Source: an uncultured Gemmatimonadales bacterium
Lineage (GTDB): Bacteria > Gemmatimonadota > Gemmatimonadetes > Gemmatimonadales > GWC2-71-9
NCBI GenBank assembly: GCA_963793205.1
Contig: CAWBZM010000001.1
Span: 2,354 to 66,353 of the forward strand
Direction of reading: 5' to 3'
DNA: 64,000 bases
Shown: positions 28,949 to 39,238 of the stretch, one piece after another
Layout of the letters: each line of letters begins with the position of its first letter
Numbering within the stretch: position 1 is the stretch's first letter
Program-made: the position numbers and the translations under genes
The notes under the pieces: generated by a model
What the model saw: the letters and a program-made list of their open reading frames with translations, nothing else
The model's database searches: none
Told to the model about the DNA's origin: nothing

Positions 28949-30508
28949 TCAGGCCGAGGCAGACGCAGGAGCGGCTGCCGGCAGGCCAAAATCTTCCGGG
29001 AAGTGATTGAGAGCGCTCAGGACCGGGAAGGGAGTCATCCCTCCCAGGGCGCAGAGCGAGCCGGCCAGCATTGTGTCGCACAGATCGCGCACCAGGGCCA
29101 CGTTGGCTTCGCGGTTGGTACCGGCGACGATCTTGTCGATCGTCTCCACGCCCCGGGTCGAACCGATCCGGCAGGGGGTGCACTTGCCACAGGATTCGAT
29201 GGCGCAGAACTCCATGGCGTAGCGCGCCAGGCCGGCAAGGTCCGCGGTGTCGTCGAACGCGACCAGCCCACCATGCCCGAGCATCGCATTGATGGCGATG
29301 AACGCCTCGTAGTCGATCGGGGTGTCGAACTGCGATTCGGGCAGGTAGGCGCCGAGTGGTCCCCCGACCTGTACCGCACGGATGGGCCGGCCCGACCGCG
29401 AACCGCCCCCGTAATCATAGAGCAGTTCACGCAGGGTGACGCCGAACGCCTTTTCCACCAGCCCGCCCTGCTTCAGGTTGCCGGCCAGCTGGAGCGGGAG
29501 GGTGCCGCGTGAGCGGCCCATGCCGAAGTCACGGTAAAACTCGCCACCCTTGTCCAGAATGATCGGGACTGAGGCGAGTGAGATGACGTTGTTGATGACC
29601 GTGGGTTTGCCGAACAGCCCTTCGATGGCGGGCAGCGGCGGCTTGAACCGGACCATGCCCCGCTTGCCCTCCAGGCTTTCCAGGAGAGCGGTTTCCTCAC
29701 CACAGATGTACGCGCCGGCACCGATCCGCACCTCGAGCCCGAACGGCTTGCCGCTGCCCAGGATGTTGTTTCCCAGGAAGCCCCTGGCCGTCGCCGCGGC
29801 GATGGCCTGATTCAGTGTCTGGGCAGCATGGGGGTACTCGGAGCGCAGGTAGATGTAGCCCATCGTGGCCCCGACCGCGAGGCCGGCAATGGTCATCCCC
29901 TCGATCAGCACCAGCGGATCGCCCTCCATGATCATCCGGTCGGAGAAGGTGCCACTGTCGCCTTCATCCGCATTGCAGACGATGTATTTCTGGTCGGCGG
30001 TCGTGCCGAGGACGGTTTTCCACTTGATGCCGGTGGGGAAGGCGGCGCCACCGCGGCCGCGCAACCCGGAGGTGGTCACCGCCTCCACGATCGCCGCGCC
30101 GCTCATGGTGAGGGCGCGGCGCAGGCCGCGGAAGCCGGCCAGCCGCTCGTAGTCGTCGATCGAGATCGGATCGGTGATCCCGACGCGCGCGAAGGTCAGC
30201 CGTTCCTGCCGCTTGAGAAAGGGGATCTCTTCCGTCAGCCCGAGGCGGAGCGGGTGATCGCCACCCGTCAGGAGGCCGGCGGCGAGGAGGCCAGGGACAT
30301 CGTCCGCCCGCACCGGTCCATAGGCGACACGTCCTTCAGGAGTCTCGACCTCGACCATGGGCTCCAGCCAGTACATCCCGCGGGAGCCGTTGCGAGTGAT
30401 CGTTACAGGGAGATCCCGGATCGCCGCTTCCGTCGCGAGGGCACGAGCCACCTGTTCGGCCCCGACGCTGAGCGCGCCGGAGTCGCGCGGCACGAAGAGC
30501 CGGGTCAT
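28949..30508 (-). CDS. fdsB: Formate dehydrogenase beta subunit (NuoF-like, FMN/NADH)
   Basis: GLRGRGGAAFPTGIKW, CNADEGD, GAGAYICGEETAL, ESCGKCTPCR. Confidence 0.95.
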   Translation of the reverse strand: MTRLFVPRDSGALSVGAEQVARALATEAAIRDLPVTITRNGSRGMYWLEPMVEVETPEGRVAYGPVRADDVPGLLAAGLLTGGDHPLRLGLTEEIPFLKRQERLTFARVGITDPISIDDYERLAGFRGLRRALTMSGAAIVEAVTTSGLRGRGGAAFPTGIKWKTVLGTTADQKYIVCNADEGDSGTFSDRMIMEGDPLVLIEGMTIAGLAVGATMGYIYLRSEYPHAAQTLNQAIAAATARGFLGNNILGSGKPFGLEVRIGAGAYICGEETALLESLEGKRGMVRFKPPLPAIEGLFGKPTVINNVISLASVPIILDKGGEFYRDFGMGRSRGTLPLQLAGNLKQGGLVEKAFGVTLRELLYDYGGGSRSGRPIRAVQVGGPLGAYLPESQFDTPIDYEAFIAINAMLGHGGLVAFDDTADLAGLARYAMEFCAIESCGKCTPCRIGSTRGVETIDKIVAGTNREANVALVRDLCDTMLAGSLCALGGMTPFPVLSALNHFPEDFGLPAAAPASASA

Positions 30509-30993
30509 GACCGATCCTCCAGGTCACGCACCACCGCATCGAAGCGATCAGGGGTCATGAGGCCGTGAATGTCGTGGCCCGCCATGAGGGCGGGGGAGAG
30601 GGCGCAGTTGCCCAGGCAGTAGACCGGTTCCAGCGTGAAGCGGCCGTCCGCGGTGGTTTCGTGGAGCGCCACACCCAGCCGCTGTTCGGCGTGCGCAATC
30701 AGCGCATCCGCCCCCACCGCCTTGCACGATTCCGCCCGGCACAGCTTGAGCACATGCCGTCCGGGCGGAGTGGACCGGAAGTCGTGGTAGAAGGTGACGA
30801 CACCATGGACTTCGGCGCGCGACAGGTTCAACGTTTTCGCGATGGTTTCGACGCTCTCCGGCGGCACATAGCCCACCGCGGCCTGGATGGCATGGAGAAT
30901 CGGCAGCAGCGCGCCGGGGCGATCGCGGTGCTGTTCCAGCACCGTCTGCACCGCCTCGGTCCACACTGCGTGATCGGTCGTGCTTTTAACCAT
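30505..30993 (-). CDS. fdsG: Formate dehydrogenase gamma subunit (NuoE-like 2Fe-2S)
   Basis: ALLPILHAIQ, SRAEVHGVVTFYHDF, CRAESC, YCLGNC. Confidence 0.93.
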   Translation of the reverse strand: MVKSTTDHAVWTEAVQTVLEQHRDRPGALLPILHAIQAAVGYVPPESVETIAKTLNLSRAEVHGVVTFYHDFRSTPPGRHVLKLCRAESCKAVGADALIAHAEQRLGVALHETTADGRFTLEPVYCLGNCALSPALMAGHDIHGLMTPDRFDAVVRDLEDRS

Positions 30994-31130
30994 GAAGGCT
31001 TTCGGTCGCGAGGGACACTGGCGATACCTCGACGAAAGGGGGGACCCGCAACTGCTGGTATATAGTCGTAAGGGCCCTCTAAAATCATCGGCCACTCAGG
31101 CCTCCAGCGCAAATCGAGGCAACCGATTGG

Positions 31131-31151
31131 ACGATAGGCTGGTCCTATCGT
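31131..31151. promoter_or_regulatory. LysR-type operator between divergent fdsG and fdhD
   Basis: Perfect ACGATAGG-N5-CCTATCGT containing ATAG-N7-CTAT (T-N11-A); LysR gene about 1 kb away. Confidence 0.7.
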
Positions 31152-31224
31152 ATCGGCACAATGGCAGGGTTGGTTCAATGGTGGGACGTCAGAGTAGTAT
31201 TGTCCGGTCGGTCTCTGGAGGCAT

Positions 31225-32085
31225 ATGGACGACAAATTGGAAGCAATCCGCGACCCCCTGAGCCTGCTGCGCCTGGGTTACCTGCCCCCGCTGCTGGAGC
31301 ATCCGGCGGTCCGCTGGGATGGTGACCGCGTCGAACAGCGTCACGAGCGGATCGCTGAGGAGGTGCCGGTCGCGCTGGTGTACAACGGCCTTTCCCATGT
31401 CGTGATGATGGCGACGCCAGCCGATCTGGAGGATTTCGTCCTGGGGTTCAGTCTGACCGAGGAACTGGTCACTGCGCCGGAGGACCTGCTGGGTGTGGAG
31501 GTCGTACGGTATGGCCAGGGGATCGAGGTCCAGGTCCAGGTCTCGCCAGCCCAGGCCACCGCGATCGGGGACCGGGGGAGAAACCTTACCGGGCGCACCG
31601 GCTGCGGCATCTGCGGGAGCGACAGCATTGCGGGGGTGCTCAAGCAACTGCATCCGGTCCGCGATGGAGCGCCGGTGCTGGCCGCGGTCCTCACGCGGGC
31701 CATGGAGAGCCTGACGAGTCACCAGGTCCTGAACGCCGAGTCAGGCGCGGTGCATGCGGCGGGGTGGGCGAGCAACGCCGGCGACATCCTCGTGGTGCGG
31801 GAGGATGTGGGCCGCCACAATGCACTCGACAAGCTGATTGGCGCCCTCGCCCGCCAGCGGGTCGATCCGGCCAGCGGATTCGTATTGGTCACCAGTCGCG
31901 CCAGCTTCGAGATGGTCCAGAAGACGACGGTTCTGGGGGCCCGGATCCTGGTGGCGATCTCGGGACCGACGGGACTGGCTGTTCGGGTGGCACAGCAGTC
32001 GGGACTGACGCTGGCGGGATTTGCCCGGAAGGGGCGACTGACGGTGTATACGAGGCCGGAGCGGGTAGGCGGCTCGGCGGGCTAA
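31225..32085 (+). CDS. fdhD: Formate dehydrogenase sulfurtransferase FdhD/FdsC
   Basis: EEVPVAL, MATPADLEDF, GRTGCGICG, REDVGRHNALDKLIG, SRASFEMVQK; GGAGG RBS. Confidence 0.95.
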   Translation: MDDKLEAIRDPLSLLRLGYLPPLLEHPAVRWDGDRVEQRHERIAEEVPVALVYNGLSHVVMMATPADLEDFVLGFSLTEELVTAPEDLLGVEVVRYGQGIEVQVQVSPAQATAIGDRGRNLTGRTGCGICGSDSIAGVLKQLHPVRDGAPVLAAVLTRAMESLTSHQVLNAESGAVHAAGWASNAGDILVVREDVGRHNALDKLIGALARQRVDPASGFVLVTSRASFEMVQKTTVLGARILVAISGPTGLAVRVAQQSGLTLAGFARKGRLTVYTRPERVGGSAG

Positions 32086-32984
32086 CGATTGAGCAACTGC
32101 TCGATGTCGATCTCGCTTGCCACCCGGACCAGCTCGCGGGCGGATGGAGTCGCGGGATCCCGGTCGGGGATGGCCAGGCCGATGGCCGGCGGGTGCTCCG
32201 GCGGGGTGAGGGGAACGGCCTTGATGCCGGCCGGCTCGCCAAAGAGATACAGGAAGGCGTGCGAGAGGACCGTGCACCAGGTGCCGCTCCGCACGTGGGA
32301 CCAGAGGGCCAGGATGGAATTGGTCTCGACGATGGCGCCCGGGCTGCTCGACGCGGCGGCGAAGAGCCCGTTGAGGATTCGCCGATTCTGCATTTCCGGG
32401 CTCAGCAGGGCCAGCGGCAGGGCAGCGGCCTCGGCCCAGGTCGCGCTGCGCTGCTTCGCGATGGGACTGTCCGACGGGGCAAAGAGGTAGTACCGCTCGT
32501 GGTAAATCGGCGTCGTGCGGACATGCGACAGTGGTTCGTTGTCGAGGTAGGTGAGCGCCGCATCCAGGGTGAAGTCATCGAGCCCGCGCTGAATCTCCAG
32601 CGAACTCATCGAGGTAATGGTGATGTTCACCTGGGGGTGGCGGGCGGCGAATGGCCCGGTCAGCAGCGCCACTATCGGCAGGGTGGTCGGTATCGCGCCG
32701 ATCCGCAGTCGCCCCACCAGCCCCGCGCGCAACTCGCTCGCCTCCTGCCGCAGGCTCTCACAGTCGGCCAGGATCCGGCGGCTCCACTCCAGCATGCGCT
32801 GGCCCTCGGGCGTGAACCCCTCGAAGCGCTGTCCCCGCTGGACGATCAGCAGGCCCAGTTCCTCCTCGAGCTGCTTGATCCCGGCGGAGAGGGTGGGCTG
32901 GGTGACATTGCAGGTCTTCGCCGCGCGAGCAAAATGCCGCTCGCGCGCGAGGGCATCGAGGTACCTGAGATTGCGCAGAAGCAT
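32082..32984 (-). CDS. LysR-family transcriptional regulator
   Basis: LRYLDALARERHFARAAKTCNVTQPTLSAGIKQLEEELG HTH; LRIGAIPT. Confidence 0.93.
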   Translation of the reverse strand: MLLRNLRYLDALARERHFARAAKTCNVTQPTLSAGIKQLEEELGLLIVQRGQRFEGFTPEGQRMLEWSRRILADCESLRQEASELRAGLVGRLRIGAIPTTLPIVALLTGPFAARHPQVNITITSMSSLEIQRGLDDFTLDAALTYLDNEPLSHVRTTPIYHERYYLFAPSDSPIAKQRSATWAEAAALPLALLSPEMQNRRILNGLFAAASSSPGAIVETNSILALWSHVRSGTWCTVLSHAFLYLFGEPAGIKAVPLTPPEHPPAIGLAIPDRDPATPSARELVRVASEIDIEQLLNR

Positions 32985-32998
32985 GGCGGCTTCGCCGT

Positions 32999-33868
32999 TC
33001 AGGCGGGAATGTGCTGGCTCTCCAGCGTGCTGCTGACCGGCAGAGGCAGCGGTGGCTTGCCGACCATGACCCCGCAGGAGGGGGCCGGCTTGTTCCGCTT
33101 GTCGATCGGGCGATCCTCCCGGATCCACTCGCCATAGTGCGACAGGAACGCCTCCGGCGCCAGCGCATGGGCGCTGGGCATGAGGAGGTGGACCCCACCC
33201 GGCGCGGTGCGCTCCATGAGTCGCTCCAGGATCGTCCGCCGCTGATTCGAGGTTTCCGGATCCAGCACCCCGGTGTCGATCACGACGATGCTGACCTGCT
33301 CCGGCAGGTCAGGGGGGAATTGCCCCGTCGGCGCGACGTAGGTGCCGCAGCAGTGCCCCAGCGCCTCATCCGCCACGCGAGACTCGACCTGGTCGACATG
33401 GGTCATGTCGTTGCCGCAGAAGGTCACATTCACTTCGTGGGCGGCGAGCAGGTAGGCCAGCGGCGCCGCCTCCACACCCATCACCAGGGCGGTGTCGCCG
33501 GGTTCGAGGCGCGGCAGCAGCTGGGTCACCGGATTCCGCCGCTCGATGCCCCACCGGTTGGGCTCGCGCTGCGCCGAGCGAAGCTCGCGGAACCCCTTGG
33601 ACCACCGACGGTAGGGCTGCAGGGCGAGCCGCTTGTGAATCAGGCGATCCACCGAGTCGGCAATCAGCACTTCCGTCAGCAGGAACTGCTCCGACTGGGC
33701 CGCACCAAGTTCTCCCACCGCCTCGTCACCGAGCGTGAGCAGCTCGCGGCGCGACAGGCTGTTCTTGTAGGCCTCGATGCGCTGGAGCAGGTATTCCTGA
33801 TACTGTTGCTTCAGCGAAGGCATGGCGCGGCGGCGGCGCTGCTGCTGAAGCTGGATCGCGGTCAGCAT
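32999..33868 (-). CDS. Hypothetical protein: helical N-terminus plus degenerate class I SAM-methyltransferase-like fold
   Basis: PGDTALVMG...AYLLAAHEVNVTF...RRTILERLMERTAPGGVHLL resembles TehB-like MTases but lacks GxGxG; alternative start 33823. Confidence 0.7.
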   Translation of the reverse strand: MLTAIQLQQQRRRRAMPSLKQQYQEYLLQRIEAYKNSLSRRELLTLGDEAVGELGAAQSEQFLLTEVLIADSVDRLIHKRLALQPYRRWSKGFRELRSAQREPNRWGIERRNPVTQLLPRLEPGDTALVMGVEAAPLAYLLAAHEVNVTFCGNDMTHVDQVESRVADEALGHCCGTYVAPTGQFPPDLPEQVSIVVIDTGVLDPETSNQRRTILERLMERTAPGGVHLLMPSAHALAPEAFLSHYGEWIREDRPIDKRNKPAPSCGVMVGKPPLPLPVSSTLESQHIPA

Positions 33869-33896
33869 GTCTGGGTCGAGTGCCCGATTTTCCGCG

Positions 33897-33975
33897 GTGG
33901 GGAGAAACGGTGTAACGTCTTGCCGTACAAAGTGGTAGAATGTGGAGAAGTCGTCAAGTGCTGGGCGGGATGTGG
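33897..33975. promoter_or_regulatory. 10-bp-phased GTGG repeats (MraZ-box-like) overlapping a minus-strand TTGACG -35 element
   Basis: GTGG at 33932, 33942 and 33972, TGGG at 33962, GTGGGG at 33897; CGTCAA at 33952-33957. Confidence 0.55.
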
Positions 33976-33995
33976 ATTGTTTTGGGGGGAGGGGC

Positions 33996-34033
33996 GGGGG
34001 AACAGGGAAGAGGGAGCCCCGTTCCCCGTTCCC

Positions 34034-34036
<3 letters not shown>
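33996..34036. repeat. Short heptamer direct-plus-inverted repeat hairpin at the rlmI stop
   Basis: GGGGAAC AGGGAAG AGGGAGC then CCCGTTC CCCGTTC CCCTA. Confidence 0.6.
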
Positions 34037-35193
<1,157 letters not shown>

Positions 35194-35197
<4 letters not shown>

Positions 35198-35580
35198 GCG
35201 TCGGCGGCGCGATCCGGCCGGAGCACCGTGGCGCCCCGCAGGTATACATGACGGATCTCGGCGCGGCTCCGGGTGGTGTACGCATGGACCAGCAACCGGA
35301 TGCACCGCGGCAGCGAGCCGGGGACGGGGATTTCCGTCGAGTGCAGGATGGCGACGATCTTCCAGCCGTGGACCTCCGCGGCCCGCGCGGGAAAGGCGGC
35401 ATCGAGGTCGCTGGTCATCGTAAACATGGCGCTCACGATATCATCCGCCTGGAGTCCATTGGCCTCGTGCAGGAGCCGCAGCAACTCGTCGGTAGCTTCG
35501 ATGATCTGTTCCGCGGTGTTGGCCTCCACCGTGGTCGCCCCGCGTATTCCCTGGAGCCGATAGGAGGGTTCGTCGCTCAT
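35194..35580 (-). CDS. aroH: AroH-class chorismate mutase
   Basis: GIRGATTV, FTMTSDLDAAFPA, EIPVPGSLPRCIRLL, HVYLRGA..LRPD. Confidence 0.92.
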
Positions 35581-36202
35581 GGCGACTAATCTAGCGCAGC
35601 ACCTTCGCCTTATGCTGGTTACCGATGACCGTCTGCTGGCCGGTCGCGATCTGGTGGTGGTGGCTGAGCAGGCGGTCCGCGGGGGCGTGACGGCGATCCA
35701 GGTGCGCCTCAAGGTGCACCCGCCGAGGGCGCTGGTAGAGCTGGTTCGGCGACTCCGTACCACGATCCCGGTACCGGTGTTCGTCAATGATCGGCCCGAT
35801 GTGGCTGCGGCCGCAGGATGTGGTGTGCATCTGGGCCCCGACGATCTCCCGATCGACCTCGCGCGGCGCATCCTCCCGCCGGGGACGGTGATCGGTGCCA
35901 GTGTCGGCGGGGAGACGGAGGCGCGGCGGGGAGGGGTGGAGCTGGCTGATTACTGGGGTGTTGGGCCCTGGCGGGTCACCAGTACCAAGCCGGATGCCGG
36001 CACAGCGATCGGGGTCTCTGGCTTCGCCGCGGTGGTTGCCCTGGCGGGCGGTCGACCCTGCGTCGCCATTGGCGGGGTCCGCCCGGAGGATTGCGCCTTG
36101 ATCCGGGAACGTGGCGGTGCGGGTGTGGCGGTGGTGTCCGGGATCCTGGGTGAGCCGGATATTGAAGCGGCGGCTCGACGGTACGCCCTAGCGCTGGCGT
36201 AA
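35579..36202 (+). CDS. thiE: Thiamine-phosphate synthase
   Basis: LRLMLVTD, GGVTAIQVRLK, VNDRPD, GVHLGPDD, TSTKPDA, AIGGV, GVAVVS. Confidence 0.9.
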   Translation: MATNLAQHLRLMLVTDDRLLAGRDLVVVAEQAVRGGVTAIQVRLKVHPPRALVELVRRLRTTIPVPVFVNDRPDVAAAAGCGVHLGPDDLPIDLARRILPPGTVIGASVGGETEARRGGVELADYWGVGPWRVTSTKPDAGTAIGVSGFAAVVALAGGRPCVAIGGVRPEDCALIRERGGAGVAVVSGILGEPDIEAAARRYALALA

Positions 36203-37166
36203 GGCGGTCGGGCGGCGCACCAGGGCGATGTTGCGATTGTGCTCCACCAGTGTCCTGCTGAACAGGTGATGGCCGTCGGACTGAGCGACGAAATACAGAA
36301 ATGGAACGTCGGCCGGGTACAACGCGGCCTCGATGCTGGAGAGGCCGGGCGAGTTGACCGGCCCGGGCGGCAGCCCGGGATTCAAATAGGTGTTGTACGG
36401 CGAGGGGAACGCGTAGTCCTTGAAGTACAACCGGGTCTTTCGCTCGCCGGTCTTCTGCTGAATGGCGTACTGCACCGTCGGATCGGCCTGCAGGGGCATC
36501 CCGATCCGGAGTCGATTGGTGTAGACCCCCGCAATGGTCGCCCGCTCGTCGTCGTGCCGCGCTTCTCCCTCGACAATCGATGCCAGGGTCAGGATCTGGG
36601 TCCGGCTGAGCTTGAGTGCGTCCAGCCGTGCGTCCCACGCGGGGTTCCACTGCTGCTCGAACATCTGGACCATCGCCCGGACCAGTTCGTTGGCGGTGGC
36701 GGGGACCGGCAGGTTGTAGGTCTCGGGCAGGAGGTAGCCTTCAAGACTTGGCGCGTCAGGCGCGACGGCATTGCACCCGGCCCCGGTCCCTGGCCCGGAC
36801 CAGTACCGACTCGGCGGGGATCCCGAGACGCTGCTCCGCAAGGTCACACAGTTGGAGCAGGGTCAGCCCTTCGGGGACTGTGAAGCGGACGGTGGCCACT
36901 CTGCCTTTCTCCAGGGCCGCCAGCAGCTGCCATGCGCTCGCGTGGGGCGGAAGATCGTAGACGCCCGCTTTCACCGACCGGTCGGTGCCGCGCAGTCGTG
37001 CCGCGAAGCGGAAGAGCGAGGGGGAGCGGAGCAGCCCCCGGGCCATGAGCGAGTCAGTCACCTGCCCGAAGCTGGCGCCCACCGGCACGGTCACCCGGAC
37101 CGGCGCCCCTTCGGGGACACCGCCACAGGCGGCGAGCAACAGGAGAAATGGCAGGGCCCGTCTCAC
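36188..37166 (-). CDS. mltG: Endolytic transglycosylase MltG, frameshifted near 36790
   Basis: VKAGVY and TVPEGLT in ORF 36756-37166; LEGYLLPETY, LASIVEGE, LQADPTV, SPYNTY..PGLPPGP in ORF 36188-36847. Confidence 0.9.
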
Positions 37167-37606
37167 ACGCCACTCCCGCGGCGGCGGTCCAGCCAGCCCT
37201 GGAGCAGGACGGCGGCGGCGTGGGCGTCCACCTCCTCCTTGCGACCACGGGCGCTGGCGCCCTGCTCCCGCAGGACGCCGAGTACCCGGGCGGTGGTCAT
37301 CCGTTCGTCCGTCAGGTCCACGGGCAGTCCGGTCCGTCGTCCGACCAGCTCGGCCAATTCGCGGGCGGCGGCGGCACTCGGCCCCTCGGTCCCCTCCAGC
37401 GTGAGCGGCAGCCCCACGACCAGTCCGACCGGCTGATGGTCCGCCACGAGCGCGAGGAACTCGGTCATGGGGAAACGTTTCCCTTCGCGGCGGGTGAGCG
37501 TCTGGGTGGGGGAGGCGAGGATCTGGCCTTCATCCGACCGGGCGAACACCGATGCGCCGTTCGCCCCAATCGAGAGCGAGGATGCGACCGACGGGGGGAT
37601 CACCAT
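37163..37606 (-). CDS. ruvX: RuvX/YqgF pre-16S rRNA nuclease, frameshifted at the 5' end
   Basis: [14 protein letters not shown] in one frame; [24 protein letters not shown] in ORF 37163-37702. Confidence 0.9.
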   Translation of the reverse strand: MVIPPSVASSLSIGANGASVFARSDEGQILASPTQTLTRREGKRFPMTEFLALVADHQPVGLVVGLPLTLEGTEGPSAAAARELAELVGRRTGLPVDLTDERMTTARVLGVLREQGASARGRKEEVDAHAAAVLLQGWLDRRRGSGV

Positions 37607-37707
37607 AGGGGAAAGGTGAAAGGTGGCGGCTGAAAGGAGAAGGGCGGGGGGGAACGATGAGGACGGTGAAGGGGGCCGGTCGGGGGACCAGGCACCATTC
37701 ACCGTCC
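37607..37707. repeat. Degenerate purine-rich heptamer repeats with inverted copies in the rho-ruvX gap
   Basis: GGGAAAG GTGAAAG ... CTGAAAG GAGAAGG ... GGACGGTGAA, then CACCATTCACCGTCC. Confidence 0.5.
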
Positions 37708-37732
37708 GGGGTGGCGCGCCGCGACGGGCGGC

Positions 37733-38986
37733 CTACTGCGCCATCGTGCGCGAAGAACTCCTTGTTGGTCTTGGTGCGCTTCATCCGCTCCAGCAGGAAC
37801 TCCAGCGCCTCGACCGGCGGCATGTCGGCCAGGAAGTTGCGCAGCAGGTACACCCGGTTGAGCTCGTCCTTGTCCATGAGGAGCTCTTCCTTGCGGGTGC
37901 TGGTCCGCTGGATGTCGATGGCGGGGTAGATCCGGCGGTCGGCCAGGCGGCGGTCGAGCACCAGTTCCATGTTGCCGGTGCCCTTGAACTCCTCGAAGAT
38001 GACCTCGTCCATCCGGCTGCCGGTGTCGATCAGGGCGGTGGCGATGATGGTCAGGCAGCCGCCGCCGTCGATGTTGCGGGCGGCGCCGAAGAACCGCTTG
38101 GGCTTCTGCAGGGCGTTGGCGTCCACGCCGCCGGAGAGGATCTTGCCGGAGTGGGGCACCACGACGTTGTGGGCCCGGGCCAGGCGGGTGATCGAGTCGA
38201 GCAGGATGACCACGTCGCGGCCGTGCTCCACCAGCCGCTTGGACTTCTCGATGACCATGTCGGCCACCTGCACGTGGCGGTCGGCCGGCTCGTCGAAGGT
38301 GGAGGAGATGACCTCCGCCTTCACGTTCTCCTGCATGTCGGTGACTTCTTCGGGCCGCTCGTCGATCAGCAGCACGATCAGCACGACTTCCGGGTGGTTC
38401 TCGCTGATGGCGTTGGCCAGCTTCTGCATCAGGATCGTCTTGCCCGCCTTGGGCGGGGCGACGATCAGGCCGCGCTGGCCCTTGCCGATCGGGGAGAGGA
38501 GGTCCACCACCCGCATCGAGAGGTCGCTGGTGGTCTTCCGCTCGAGGCCGGATCCGCTGGTCGGGATAGCGGGGCCGGAGGTTGTCGAAGGCGATCCGGT
38601 GCTTGGTCTTTTCCGGCTCCTCGAAGTTGACGCTCTCGACCTTGAGCAGGGCCAGGTACCGCTCCCCCTCCTTGGGCGGGCGCACCTGGCCCATGACGGT
38701 GTCGCCGGTGCGCAGGTCGAACCGCTTGATCTGGCTCGGGCGAGACGTAGATGTCGTCGGGGCCGTAGAGGTAGTTCCAGTCCTGGCTGCGGAGGAAGCC
38801 GTAGCCTTCGGGGAGGATTTCCAGGACGCCCTCGCCGCGGATGACCGTGTCCTGGTCGAGCAGCGACTGCTCGATGCGGAAGATCAGGTCCTGCTTGCGG
38901 AGGCCGGAGTAGTTGGTGATGTTCAGCTGCTCGGCCAGCGCGTGCAGCTCGGCGACGGACTTCTGCTTCAGCTCGGCGATATCCAC
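37733..38986 (-). CDS. rho: Transcription termination factor Rho, several frameshifts
   Basis: [71 protein letters not shown] spread over three frames; GTG start 38986 (frame open to 39181). Confidence 0.95.
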
Positions 38987-39201
38987 AGGCGCAGTACTCC
39001 GCTCGGTGGTCGGACTGGGACTGGGACTCGGTGCTCCGGTCGGGAGCTGGCCTCCGGTCAATCGAGGGCGGGCCTTTGGGGCGGGCAAATGTCGTTGGGG
39101 TCGGAATTGAGCAACGGACCGGGGTGGTCCGAGTAGCGATCGCTGAAATTGTCTGAAGGGACGTCTGGGGCGAGCACTCAAAGTACCTAGGGAGCGCTCG
39201 A

Positions 39202-39230
39202 TATATAGGACGCCGGGTATCCACCGTCAA
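39202..39230 (-). promoter_or_regulatory. sigma70-type promoter of rho
   Basis: Minus strand TTGACG-17 bp-TATATA. Confidence 0.6.
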
Positions 39231-39238
39231 GGGCGAAC

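Noticed and set aside
37733..38986. Programmed frameshifting or true pseudogenisation of rho
   Set aside because: Several scattered indels with otherwise intact motifs, and neighbouring genes show the same error pattern; sequencing error is more parsimonious.
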